From: a virus
Taxonomy: Duplodnaviria > Caudoviricetes
IMG/VR virus record: IMGVR_UViG_3300010383_000023
Span: 1 to 26,302 of that record
Reading direction: 5' to 3' (one strand)
Length of the DNA stretch: 26,302 bases
The notes beneath the pieces are model-generated. The model was not told where the DNA came from. It ran no database searches and saw only the letters and a list, made by a program, of their open reading frames with translations. Of this stretch, positions 1 to 8,976 are shown one piece after another (position 1 is the first letter of the stretch; each line of letters begins with the position of its first letter). A program made the position numbers and the translations under genes.

Positions 1-2
1 TG

Positions 3-1496
3 CCATTCCTGCCCTTTCCCCGCCAGGCCGAGATGATCGCGTTCCTGCACGCCTGCGTCGATGGGCAGCAGAGCGGGTTGATCGAGAAGGCGCGCGACAT
101 GGGCGCAACCTGGTTGGCATGCGCGTTCTCGGTATGGTTGTGGCTACACCGTCCCGGCGCCGCCATAGGATGGGGCTCTCGCAAGGAGCAATTGGTCGAC
201 AAGATCGGCGACCCCGACAGTATTTTCGAAAAGATGCGGATCATCATCCGCCACTTGCCCCGGCTGATGCTGCCCGCCGGGTTCGATCCGCGCGACGACA
301 TGCCGAGCATGAAGATCGTCAACCGCGCAAATGGCGCCACGATCACCGGCGAGTCCGGCGACAATATCGGGCGTGGTGGGCGCAAGCTGATCTATTTCAA
401 GGACGAGAGCGCGCATTACGAGCGGCCCGAGAAGATCGAGGCAGCGTTGGCCGATACGACCAATGTCCAGATCGATATGAGCTCGGTCAATGGCCCCGGC
501 AACGTGTTCCATCGCCGGCGCGAAAACGGGGCCGAATGGGCGCCGGGCGCCACGCTTGCCACCGATCGGGTCAATGTGTTCGTGATGGACTGGCGCGACC
601 ATCCGGCCAAGGATGCCGACTGGTATGCCGGGCGGCGGGCCAAGGCGGCGGCGGACGGGCTGCTCCATGTCTTCGCGCAGGAAGTCGACCGCAATTACAC
701 GGCAGCGGTCGAAGGGATCATCATTCCCGGCGACTGGGTCGCGAGCGCGATCGATGCGCATGTCGCCCTCGGGTTCGACGACGAAGGCGGGTGGCGCGCG
801 GCGCTGGACCCGGCCGATGAAGGCGGCGACCGGCATGCGCTGGCCATCGCCAAAGGATCGGTCGTGCATTCGGTCGACGATTGGGGCGAAGGCGACGTCG
901 GCAAGGCGACGCGGCTGGCGGTCGACCGGCTGCGTGGACGGACGGTCGCGCTGCAATATGACAGTATCGGCGTCGGCGCGGGGGTGAAGGCGGAGGCCAA
1001 TCGGCTGGGCGATGAGGTGGATGCGAAGGGGCGAGTGTTGCTGCCGCCCGGGATTACGTTTCGGCCGTGGAATGCCGGCGCCGCACCGCTCCGGCCGCGC
1101 GAGCATGTCGTGCCGGGGGATTCGGAGACGCCGGTCAATGGCGACTTCTACGCCAATTTGAAGGCACAGGCTTGGTGGCAATTGCGGCTGCGCTTCGAGC
1201 GCACGCACAAGGCGGTGACGACGGGCGAGGTTTACGACCCCGCCGACCTGATCAGCTTGCCGAGCGATATGCCGGGGCTGGCGTCACTGCGGAAGGAATT
1301 GAGCCAGGCGACGCGCGCGGTGAATAGCGCGCTAAAGCTGGTGGTTGACAAGAAGCCCGAGGGCACCAGGTCGCCCAACAAGGCCGATGCGCTGGTGATG
1401 GCGTTCTGGCCGGCGGCGGATGAGATCGTGTCGGCGGGGTTCCTCGATTTAGTGCGATCGGCGAATGCTGCGACGCGACTCTATGGGAGCGATTGA
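3..1496 (+). CDS. terL: Phage terminase large subunit, 5'-truncated by the window
   Basis: Frame is open from base 3 (PFLPFPRQAEM, Q motif), so the true start is upstream. Deviant Walker A IEKARDMGATW, Walker B YFKDESAH, RNase H-like nuclease motifs ALDPADEGGD and SPNKADA. Lies upstream of the portal. Confidence 0.93.
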   Translation, partial: PFLPFPRQAEMIAFLHACVDGQQSGLIEKARDMGATWLACAFSVWLWLHRPGAAIGWGSRKEQLVDKIGDPDSIFEKMRIIIRHLPRLMLPAGFDPRDDMPSMKIVNRANGATITGESGDNIGRGGRKLIYFKDESAHYERPEKIEAALADTTNVQIDMSSVNGPGNVFHRRRENGAEWAPGATLATDRVNVFVMDWRDHPAKDADWYAGRRAKAAADGLLHVFAQEVDRNYTAAVEGIIIPGDWVASAIDAHVALGFDDEGGWRAALDPADEGGDRHALAIAKGSVVHSVDDWGEGDVGKATRLAVDRLRGRTVALQYDSIGVGAGVKAEANRLGDEVDAKGRVLLPPGITFRPWNAGAAPLRPREHVVPGDSETPVNGDFYANLKAQAWWQLRLRFERTHKAVTTGEVYDPADLISLPSDMPGLASLRKELSQATRAVNSALKLVVDKKPEGTRSPNKADALVMAFWPAADEIVSAGFLDLVRSANAATRLYGSD

Positions 1497-1535
1497 AGCG
1501 AGAAGATAAGGCGCAGGAGGGTAGGCGTTGAGCTG

Positions 1536-1793
1536 TCAAAGGTGCCAGTTCACGCCCGCATGGGATATATTGAGAGCCGGCACATGCGACAATTCGCGCC
1601 ATCGCTCGTCTATCACTTCAAATTCGATCAACTGGTAGTCGCGTTCGCAGGTTCGCCAGCTCGTGCAGGGCGCGCGATTGGGTTCGTGATCCCAAGGCAA
1701 CGTCGACAAACGGCGAAGCTCGTCGAGTGCGGCTTCGCGCGTCTCGAATTCAGCAATATGATCGCAATGTATTTCGTCGTAAATCAAAAACAT
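1536..1793 (-). CDS. Small acidic hypothetical protein (85 aa), moron
   Basis: ATG at 1793 (MFLIYDEIHCDH...), 20 nt downstream of the 1814..2068 gene. Fills the terL-portal gap. The longer start at 1853 would overlap the upstream gene. Confidence 0.65.
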   Translation of the reverse strand: MFLIYDEIHCDHIAEFETREAALDELRRLSTLPWDHEPNRAPCTSWRTCERDYQLIEFEVIDERWRELSHVPALNISHAGVNWHL

Positions 1794-1813
1794 AGGCGAT
1801 ACCGATCTGTTCG

Positions 1814-2068
1814 TTATCGAGTGACGGCATCCGGTTGGCGCACCTTCAACCAATTGTCATCGGCCTCGATCAGCGCGTCCGGACCGTAAGTGCGGATATG
1901 ATCGAGCGCCATACGACGGCATCGATCGTCGGTGTTGATCCGGTGTTCTACCCTGTCGCGCCAAGCCGGATCGGCCAACGCTATTCGTTCGGCTTCGAGC
2001 AGACTAACCCCATGGTCGGACCGCAGGTGCTTGATGTGGTGAATCCATCGGTTGCGTTCAGTCATCAT
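1814..2068 (-). CDS. Small hypothetical protein (84 aa), moron
   Basis: Complete ORF in the terL-portal gap, preceded by a promoter-like TTGGAA-N18-TAGTCT. No family recognised. Confidence 0.65.
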   Translation of the reverse strand: MMTERNRWIHHIKHLRSDHGVSLLEAERIALADPAWRDRVEHRINTDDRCRRMALDHIRTYGPDALIEADDNWLKVRQPDAVTR

Positions 2069-2104
2069 GCGCGAAGACTATGCCCCGGCGGCCCCGCTTT
2101 CCAA
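2069..2104 (-). promoter_or_regulatory. Putative sigma70 promoter for a leaderless transcript
   Basis: Minus strand reads TTGGAA-N18-TAGTCT-N6-ATG(2068), with no Shine-Dalgarno. Confidence 0.5.
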
Positions 2105-2140
2105 CCCTCGATCTGACAATGATCGGCAAAGGAGACTTCG

Positions 2141-3466
2141 ATGCCCAAGGGCGGCGTGCAGACCAATGTCACCTACAGCTGGGGCAACAGCAGCAACCCG
2201 AATGCGTGGGGGCCGTTCTCGCCGGGCTTTCCGCTCGCGCCGGTCGTGCAGCAGCCGGTGCGCGGGTACGATTTCAAACCGAATATCAACGCGACATTGC
2301 AGCCGCGCGCCTATGAGCAGACGGGATTTCCGGCGCTGCGCGCGTTCGCCAATGTCGAGCTGGTGCGGCTGGCGATCGAGACGCGCAAGGATCAGGTCGA
2401 GCGGCTCGATTGGCAGATCAAGCCGGTCGATGGCGCCGCCAAGATTGCCGGAGATCCTCGCATCGCCGAACTGACCCGGTTCTGGCGGAAGCCCGATGGG
2501 GTTACGCCGTTCGCGACCTTCATGCGGTCGAGCCTGGAAGACCTGCTGACGCTCGACGCGCCGGCGTTCGAGAAAAGGCGCAACCGCGGCGGCAAGCTGA
2601 TCGCGCTGGAGATCGTGCCGGGGGATACGATCCACCCGATGGTCGACGATACCGGACGACGGCCGCGGGGGCCGGCCGACATCGCTTATCAGCAAGTGAT
2701 CAAGGGCGTGGTGTGGGCGAACCTGACCAATGCCGACCTGCTCTACGCGCCGCGTAACGTGCGGCCGCATCACCTTTATGGCTTCGGGCCGGTCGAACAG
2801 ATCGTCGTCACGATCAACACGATCCTGCGGCGCCAGGCAGCGCAATTGAGTTACTTTACCGAGGGCAATGTACCCGCGGGCTTGCTCAACGCTCCAGAGG
2901 GATGGGACGCGGCGAAGATCCAGGAATTGCAGCAATGGTTCGACGATCGCATCGCCGGAAATGCGGCCGAGCAGAACAAGCTGATCTGGGGGCCGCATGG
3001 ATCGCAATTCACCGCGTTCAAGGCGGCGCCGATCAAGGACGAGTTCGACGAATGGCTGGCGCGGATCGTCGCCTTCGCCTTCTCGCTGCCGCCGACGCCT
3101 TTCGTGCGGCAGATGAACCGGTCGACCGCGATGGAGGACCAGGAGCGCTCGCTCGAGGAAGGGCTCGAGCCGTTGCAGTTGTGGATGAAGCGTTGGATCG
3201 ACGACGTGATCCAGATCGAGTTCGGCTATGCCGACCTGGAATTCGCGTTCGTCAAGGCGACCAGCATCGACCCGCAGGTGCAATCGGAGATCGACGACCG
3301 CGATTTGCGGAACGGGTCGCGGACGATCGACGAGGTGCGGCATGCGCGGGGGGACGATCCGCTGGCGGATGGACTGGGCGCGAAGCCTATGATCTACACG
3401 TCGCAAGGCGGCGTCATACTTAGCGATTTGTTGGCCAGACCGTCAGGCCAGCCCACATCATTTTAG
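2141..3466 (+). CDS. Phage portal protein
   Basis: 441 aa, AAGGAGA RBS, follows terL. Portal-like motifs LEDLLTLDAPAFEKRRNRGGKLIALEIVPG, YGFGPVEQ, YFTEGNVPAG and TIDEVR. Confidence 0.9.
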   Translation: MPKGGVQTNVTYSWGNSSNPNAWGPFSPGFPLAPVVQQPVRGYDFKPNINATLQPRAYEQTGFPALRAFANVELVRLAIETRKDQVERLDWQIKPVDGAAKIAGDPRIAELTRFWRKPDGVTPFATFMRSSLEDLLTLDAPAFEKRRNRGGKLIALEIVPGDTIHPMVDDTGRRPRGPADIAYQQVIKGVVWANLTNADLLYAPRNVRPHHLYGFGPVEQIVVTINTILRRQAAQLSYFTEGNVPAGLLNAPEGWDAAKIQELQQWFDDRIAGNAAEQNKLIWGPHGSQFTAFKAAPIKDEFDEWLARIVAFAFSLPPTPFVRQMNRSTAMEDQERSLEEGLEPLQLWMKRWIDDVIQIEFGYADLEFAFVKATSIDPQVQSEIDDRDLRNGSRTIDEVRHARGDDPLADGLGAKPMIYTSQGGVILSDLLARPSGQPTSF

Positions 3467-3493
3467 GGTGGGGTCGAATTATCGTGCCCCAAG

Positions 3494-3973
3494 TCAGCGA
3501 TAACTCTTGTAACGTTTCTCGCCATCTCGCCGAAGGTCGGCCAGCGTTTTGCCGTCGGTCGGACGCAAATATGATAGCGCTGGCGCGGCAGCCGCTTCGC
3601 ATCGGGGTAGGTTTTTAGCCTCGAAGATAGGGACGGCATTATATCCGCCCGTATCGTTGGCCCGGAGCAGCCACCGGAAGTGCCTTTTTGTAATGAGTTT
3701 TGTGTGCATCATAGCTAAAACGCTTAGTCGCCGTGCCGACACCGCCCCCTTCACGACGGCCTCGACATCAAGATCGACAAACCATGGCCACCTCATGACG
3801 ATGCTACCGTCGTCAAACTCCGGAATTACGCTCGGCACCTGATCTACAATGCGAGCCTTTACGATAGCATCGTAACAATCGATTTCACTTTGCTGATCCT
3901 GCGCCGCCGCCGGCCACGCAAGAGCAAGACCGAGCCCCACTAGCGTCGCCGCGAGCAATGTGCGTCTCATCAT
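3494..3973 (-). CDS. Secreted or periplasmic hypothetical protein, moron
   Basis: Clear signal peptide (MMRRTLLAATLVGLGLALAWPAAA-Q) and two Cys. Visibly more AT-rich than flanking genes. Start could be 3982, 3979, 3973 or 3970. Confidence 0.75.
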   Translation of the reverse strand: MMRRTLLAATLVGLGLALAWPAAAQDQQSEIDCYDAIVKARIVDQVPSVIPEFDDGSIVMRWPWFVDLDVEAVVKGAVSARRLSVLAMMHTKLITKRHFRWLLRANDTGGYNAVPIFEAKNLPRCEAAAAPALSYLRPTDGKTLADLRRDGEKRYKSYR

Positions 3974-4074
3974 GCGCATCATTTACTGGATCGCCCGACC
4001 TACGGCCATCCCCGGCAATCAAGTCCCGTGACGCCTTTCACGATGACGCCCCCCTTCGAAAGGATAGCCATCGC

Positions 4075-5592
4075 ATGACGCGGTTTCGCCAGTTCGGCGC
4101 GATTACCAAGGTCGAGGATCAGGACGACGGCAGCATCAAGGTCTGGGGCGTCGCCTCGTCCGAGACGCGCGACCAGCAGGGCGAGACGATCACCGCCGCG
4201 GCGATGAAAGCTGCCCTGCCCGATTACGGCCGCTTCCCGGCATTGCGCGAGATGCACGAACCGAGTGCCGCGGGGCGCGTGGTCGAGGCCGAGGTCGACG
4301 ATCACGGCATCACCCAGATCTGCGCGCATGTCGTCGATCCGCTGGCAATCACCAAGGTGCGCGCGGGCGTCTATGCCGGCTTTTCGATCGGCGGGAAGGT
4401 GCTGAAACGCAACACCGCCGATCGCAGCGTGATCACCGCGCTGAAGCTGGTCGAGATCAGCCTGGTCGACAGTCCCTGCAACCCCGACGCCGTCATCAAC
4501 ATGTGGAAGGCCGATATGGATTATGTTCCGAGTGGCGACGAAGTGGTCGCGAAGGCCCGCGAGCTCGCCGAGGACGCGGGCTCGCGGCGGTACAAGGACT
4601 TCCTGTTCAAGGCACGCGAACGGCTGATTGCCGCGGCATTGGCGAGCGATCTGGGCGACGACGATGACGACCGGGATGAGGATCGCGGCCCGGATGCGGA
4701 GGCCGACGCCGATGCTCCCACCACGGATCCTGACGGCGGCAAGCCGGACGACCAGGACAAGCAACCGCCCGCGAAGCCCGGAACCAGACCGGCGGGCGGC
4801 GAGCAGGCGCCTGCCCGTCCCGAGCCCGGTGCGCAGCCCGCCGCCAAGCCGCGGCCAAAGCCGGAATCCGCCGACCCGCAGGCCGATACCGATGCCGACA
4901 CGGACGATACCGATGCGCCGCGTGATCGCGAGGCACCTGCCGATGCCGACGACAACGCACCGCCGCCCAAGTCCAGGACCAAGCCGGCGCCGGATAGCAA
5001 AGATCGGGTAAAACGTGTCGCGACCGGAGATGCCGGCAACGACACTGACGACGCCGGCGCGGATGACGCCGGGCCAGCCCAAGCCGACGCCGATCGCGTC
5101 CAGGCGGCACACGATCACCTCGTCGCGCTGGGCGCTCTGTGCTGCAAGGAGAATTGCGGCGACGCGGACCAGACGCCGGCGGATGTTGCCAGCCGTCCTC
5201 GCCCGCAGGCTGCCTCGCCTGCTCACGATCCCGAGGAGGACACCGAGAAGCTGCGGCGCGGCGACGTGCTGGGCGACGCCATGATGGCGGACCTGGCCAA
5301 GCGCTTCGCCGAGACCATCACGATGCTGAATGCGACGATCGGCGATCTGACCAAGCGGTTGGAACGGGTCGAGTCCGAGCCCGCCGTCCCCCGGACCGTG
5401 GCCGGGCCGCTGCGGGCGGTGAGCAAGGCCGAGGACGCCTCGCCCAATTCCGCCAATGGCGCGCCGGCGATCAGTGCCGACGAGCTGAAGAAAGTGATCG
5501 ACGCCCTGCCCGAGCAGGAGCGCGGCCAGTTCCTGCTGCGCATCGCCTTGTCCAATCCGACCCTGGTTCACGCGGCCCGCGCAGCCGCCTGA
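4075..5592 (+). CDS. HK97-type prohead protease fused to a long acidic, low-complexity scaffold-like region
   Basis: ATG at 4075 after AAAGGA. Catalytic-type motifs LREMH, GFSIGG and EISLVDSPCNP in the first ~145 aa, then a D/P/A-rich region and a C-terminal coiled coil. Confidence 0.85.
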   Translation: MTRFRQFGAITKVEDQDDGSIKVWGVASSETRDQQGETITAAAMKAALPDYGRFPALREMHEPSAAGRVVEAEVDDHGITQICAHVVDPLAITKVRAGVYAGFSIGGKVLKRNTADRSVITALKLVEISLVDSPCNPDAVINMWKADMDYVPSGDEVVAKARELAEDAGSRRYKDFLFKARERLIAAALASDLGDDDDDRDEDRGPDAEADADAPTTDPDGGKPDDQDKQPPAKPGTRPAGGEQAPARPEPGAQPAAKPRPKPESADPQADTDADTDDTDAPRDREAPADADDNAPPPKSRTKPAPDSKDRVKRVATGDAGNDTDDAGADDAGPAQADADRVQAAHDHLVALGALCCKENCGDADQTPADVASRPRPQAASPAHDPEEDTEKLRRGDVLGDAMMADLAKRFAETITMLNATIGDLTKRLERVESEPAVPRTVAGPLRAVSKAEDASPNSANGAPAISADELKKVIDALPEQERGQFLLRIALSNPTLVHAARAAA

Positions 5593-5655
5593 CCTGTCGC
5601 CCGCGCCATCGCGCCCGGGCCTCGCTCCTTGCGCCTATCCAAAGGACGGATAGCA

Positions 5656-7185
5656 ATGACCAACCTGACTCCCGACGAGATCAAGAAATCGCTCGTCACC
5701 AGCCTTTCCAATCCCGACGAGAACATCTCGCGCGCGATCATGCTGATGGCGGGCGGACGCCCCGACATGGTCGAAAAGGCGATTTCGACCGGCACCGGGC
5801 TGGTCGCCTATGACCTGCAGGCGCCGGCCAAGAACCTCTATCCGGTCAACACGCCGATCATCAAATCATTGCCGCGTGTCGGCGGTGGCGGCGGCACAGC
5901 GACCAACTGGAAGTCCGTCACCGCGCTGACCGGGTCGGGCTTCGACAACACGCCCTGGGTGCCCGAAGGCCAGCGCGCCGGGCAGATGGCCTATACGACC
6001 GCGGATCGCGCGGCGCCGTATCGCACGTTGGGCGAGGAAGACCAGGCGACGTTCGAAGCGATCTCCGCCGGCCGCACCTTCGAGGACATCAAGGCGTCGA
6101 TGACGCAGCGCCTGCTGCAGAAAACGATGCTGAAGGAAGAGGCGGGCGTGATCTTCGGCAATGCCTCGCTGGCGCTCGGCACGCCGAGCGCTCCGACGTT
6201 GAGCGCGGGCGGTACCGGATCGACCTTGCCGGGATCGGTGACCTATTCGGTGATCGTCGTCGCACTGACAATGGAAGGCATGCGCAACAGCACGCTGGCG
6301 AATGGCGTCGCGACGTCGAAATCGGTGACCGGCGCCGATGGCAAGAGCTTCTCGATCAACGGCGGATCGTCGATGAAATCGTCGGCCGCAAGCCAGGCGA
6401 CTACCGCCGGCCAGGCGCTGTCGTGCAGCGTTCCCGCGATCCAAGGCGCGGCGGGCTATGCCTGGTTCGTCGGCATTGCGGGCAATGAGAAGCTCGAGGC
6501 GATCAGCTCGACCAACAGTGTCGTGTTCGCCAAGCCGCTTGCCGGCATCGGTCAGGCGGCGAGCGCAGTCAGCGCGGATTGCTCGACCAACTCGACCGCA
6601 TTCGACGGCCTGCTCACCACCGCGTTGAAGCCGGGTTCGGGCGCGTACGTCAATTACCTCGCCACCGGCACGCCGGGCGCCGGCACCACCCTTACCTCCT
6701 CGGGCCAGGGATCGGTGAGCGAGATCGACGCGATGATGCAGTCGATGTGGGACAATTATCAATGCTCCGTCGACGTGCTGTACGTGAACAGCCAGGAGCA
6801 GCGGAATATCACCAAGAAGGTGTTGGCGTCGGGCACCGCGTCGCTGCTCAATTACTTCCAGGATCCCAAGGCAGGTGAAGTCGCGCTGACTGCCGGCGGC
6901 GTGGTCGAATATTATTACAACCCGTACCTCAACAAGAAGATTCCGATCCGCCTGCACCCCAATGTGTCAGCGGGGACGATCCTGGGCTGGGCCGGCGACC
7001 TGCCGGTCCAATACCAGTCGAGCGAGGTGCCCAATGTCGCGGAGATGAAGGTGCGCCGCGATTATTATCAGATCGACTGGCCGATCACGACCCGCGCCGA
7101 GATGTCGGGCGTGTATGTCGAGGAGACGCTGGCGGTCTATGCGCCGTTCGCGATGGGCGTGATCGCCAATATCGCCAACGGCTGA
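5656..7185 (+). CDS. Major capsid protein (509 aa) with an internal S/T/G-rich insertion
   Basis: Follows the protease, AAAGGA RBS, followed by a terminator. HK97-fold-like motifs EEAGVIFGN, AFDGLL and terminal EETLAVYAPFAMGVIANI. Confidence 0.85.
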   Translation: MTNLTPDEIKKSLVTSLSNPDENISRAIMLMAGGRPDMVEKAISTGTGLVAYDLQAPAKNLYPVNTPIIKSLPRVGGGGGTATNWKSVTALTGSGFDNTPWVPEGQRAGQMAYTTADRAAPYRTLGEEDQATFEAISAGRTFEDIKASMTQRLLQKTMLKEEAGVIFGNASLALGTPSAPTLSAGGTGSTLPGSVTYSVIVVALTMEGMRNSTLANGVATSKSVTGADGKSFSINGGSSMKSSAASQATTAGQALSCSVPAIQGAAGYAWFVGIAGNEKLEAISSTNSVVFAKPLAGIGQAASAVSADCSTNSTAFDGLLTTALKPGSGAYVNYLATGTPGAGTTLTSSGQGSVSEIDAMMQSMWDNYQCSVDVLYVNSQEQRNITKKVLASGTASLLNYFQDPKAGEVALTAGGVVEYYYNPYLNKKIPIRLHPNVSAGTILGWAGDLPVQYQSSEVPNVAEMKVRRDYYQIDWPITTRAEMSGVYVEETLAVYAPFAMGVIANIANG

Positions 7186-7230
7186 CCTCCCTCCCGGGCG
7201 CCCACCCCTTCCCCTGCTCCCGGGCTTCCC

Positions 7231-7268
7231 TGGCCCCGCCGCGATGACCGGCGGGGCCATTTTCATTT
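7231..7268 (+). terminator. Rho-independent terminator after the capsid gene
   Basis: 11-bp stem TGGCCCCGCCG/CGGCGGGGCCA, 7-nt loop, then TTTTCATTT. Confidence 0.75.
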
Positions 7269-7286
7269 CCCCAAAGGAGACGCCGC

Positions 7287-7481
7287 ATGGCCGACAGTCC
7301 TTCCCGGCGCCACGCGCCCAAGACGGCACCCGTCGATGGCGTCGCGATGCGTCATGACGACGGCACCGGGTGCAATTGGCGCGGACAATCTTTTGCAGCC
7401 GATGCCAAGGGTGTCGTGACCGTGCCGATTGCGGCGGCGGGCGACCTGCTCGCGCACGGCTTCAGCTTCGTGGGCGGATGA
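7287..7481 (+). CDS. Small phage hypothetical protein (64 aa), probably virion-associated
   Basis: AAAGGAGA RBS. Lies between the capsid and connector genes. Confidence 0.75.
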   Translation: MADSPSRRHAPKTAPVDGVAMRHDDGTGCNWRGQSFAADAKGVVTVPIAAAGDLLAHGFSFVGG

Positions 7482-7485
7482 CGTC

Positions 7486-8046
7486 GTGGCGTTGGGCGAT
7501 CTCACCACTCTGTCGGCGGTCAAACGTTGGCTCGGCATTTCGAGCGACAATGACGACGCGCTCCTTGGCGATCTGATCACGCAGGTGTCGGCCTTTGTCG
7601 AAAACACGATCCAGCGCACCGTCCTGACGGCGACACATACCGAGACCTATCGCGGTACCGGCGGGTCACGGTTCCTGCTGAGGAACTGGCCCGTCCGGTC
7701 GGTGACGTCGGTCGAATGGGGCGAGACGCGGATCGACAATGCGGTCGATGCGGTCGGCAATGCATCGGGCATCGCGACCGATGGGCGCAGTGTGATCCTG
7801 GTCGGATCGCGCACGCCATACGATCGGCCCGTGCGCGTTACCTATGTCGCCGGATATGACGCGGTTCCCGCCGACTTGACGTTGGCGGTTACCGAGCTGG
7901 CCGGCGAAGCCTATTCGGCCCGCACGCATATCGGCGAGACCAGCCATGCGAGTTCCGGCGCGACCACCGTCGCCTTCAGCCGCGAGGCGATGCACCAGGC
8001 GGTGCTGGCGCGGCTCAGCAACTACATGCTGGCGGCGCCACTATGA
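7486..8046 (+). CDS. Head-tail connector (adaptor) protein
   Basis: GTG start at 7486. LTTLSAVKRWLGI..DDALLGDLI N-terminus and VTYVAGYDAVPADL motif, typical of gp6/gp15-like connectors. Confidence 0.8.
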   Translation: MALGDLTTLSAVKRWLGISSDNDDALLGDLITQVSAFVENTIQRTVLTATHTETYRGTGGSRFLLRNWPVRSVTSVEWGETRIDNAVDAVGNASGIATDGRSVILVGSRTPYDRPVRVTYVAGYDAVPADLTLAVTELAGEAYSARTHIGETSHASSGATTVAFSREAMHQAVLARLSNYMLAAPL

Positions 8047-8531
8047 GCATGACACTGGATGCGGAGGCGCTGAGCGCCGGGCTGGATCGTCTGCCCTCGC
8101 AAGTGTCGGCGGCGGTCGAAGCCAAGATGGCGGCGGCGACCGCCGAGCTGCAGCGGCACGTGGTGGACGACAAGCTTCACGGCCAGATGCTGAACGCACG
8201 TACCGGCCGGCTGGCAAGCGCAGTCGAGCGTGGGATCGAAGCCAAGGGCGGCAGCATCGTTGGAGAAGTATTCGTAAACGATATGGTACCTTACGCCGCG
8301 ATCCTGGAACACGGTGGCAGCACGCCGCCACACGACATCGTGCCCGACAAGGCCAAGGCGCTCGCCTTCGCGATGGGCGGCAAGCACGTCTTCGCGCGGG
8401 TGGTCCATCATCCCGGCTCGCGTTTCCCGGCGCGTCCCTATCTGACAAGCGCGCTGAATGACGAGACCGACGGAATCGCTGCGGCACTGAAATCGGCGGC
8501 GATCACCGCCGCTCAGGAGGCGATCGGATGA
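8043..8531 (+). CDS. HK97 gp10-like neck/tail completion protein
   Basis: ATGA overlap with the upstream gene. Motifs RTGRLASAV, YAAILEHG and HHPG..ARPYL. Confidence 0.78.
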   Translation: MSMTLDAEALSAGLDRLPSQVSAAVEAKMAAATAELQRHVVDDKLHGQMLNARTGRLASAVERGIEAKGGSIVGEVFVNDMVPYAAILEHGGSTPPHDIVPDKAKALAFAMGGKHVFARVVHHPGSRFPARPYLTSALNDETDGIAAALKSAAITAAQEAIG

Positions 8532-8959
8532 CCATTCGCAATCAGGTGTTCGACGCATTGCTGGCGCTGGGCGACCTGCGTTGGGGCAACGGAGAGAGCT
8601 TCATCGAGCGTTCGCGTCGGCTGAAGATGTGGGACAAGGCTCCTGTACCCGGGCTGTATCAGATCGAAGGCTCCGAGACGGTTACCTCGCTCGACGGACA
8701 GCTCGACAAGCATAGCCTGCGCGCGAGCTGGATCATCTATCATCGCGGCGGCAAGGACCAGTCGGCGACCCCAGCCGAAACCAGCAACGCGATCCTCGAC
8801 GCGGTCGAGGCCGCGTTTCGCCCCGCGCTTCCGGGCGCGCGGCAGACGCTCGGCGGGCTCGCTTATCGCACGTTCATCGACGGCACGATCCACAAGGACA
8901 ATGGCGACCTGGACGGTCAGGCCATGCTGATCGTGCCGATCACCATCATCCTTCCCTGA
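8528..8959 (+). CDS. Putative tail terminator protein
   Basis: ATGA overlap, 143 aa, located before the major tail gene. ILDAVEAAF..QTLGGL motif. Confidence 0.65.
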   Translation: MTIRNQVFDALLALGDLRWGNGESFIERSRRLKMWDKAPVPGLYQIEGSETVTSLDGQLDKHSLRASWIIYHRGGKDQSATPAETSNAILDAVEAAFRPALPGARQTLGGLAYRTFIDGTIHKDNGDLDGQAMLIVPITIILP

Positions 8960-8976
8960 CGAAACTGGAGAACCCA

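Noticed and set aside
4516-5300. Intein or inserted element in the protease gene
   Set aside because: No intein terminal motifs or endonuclease signature. The region is simply low-complexity.
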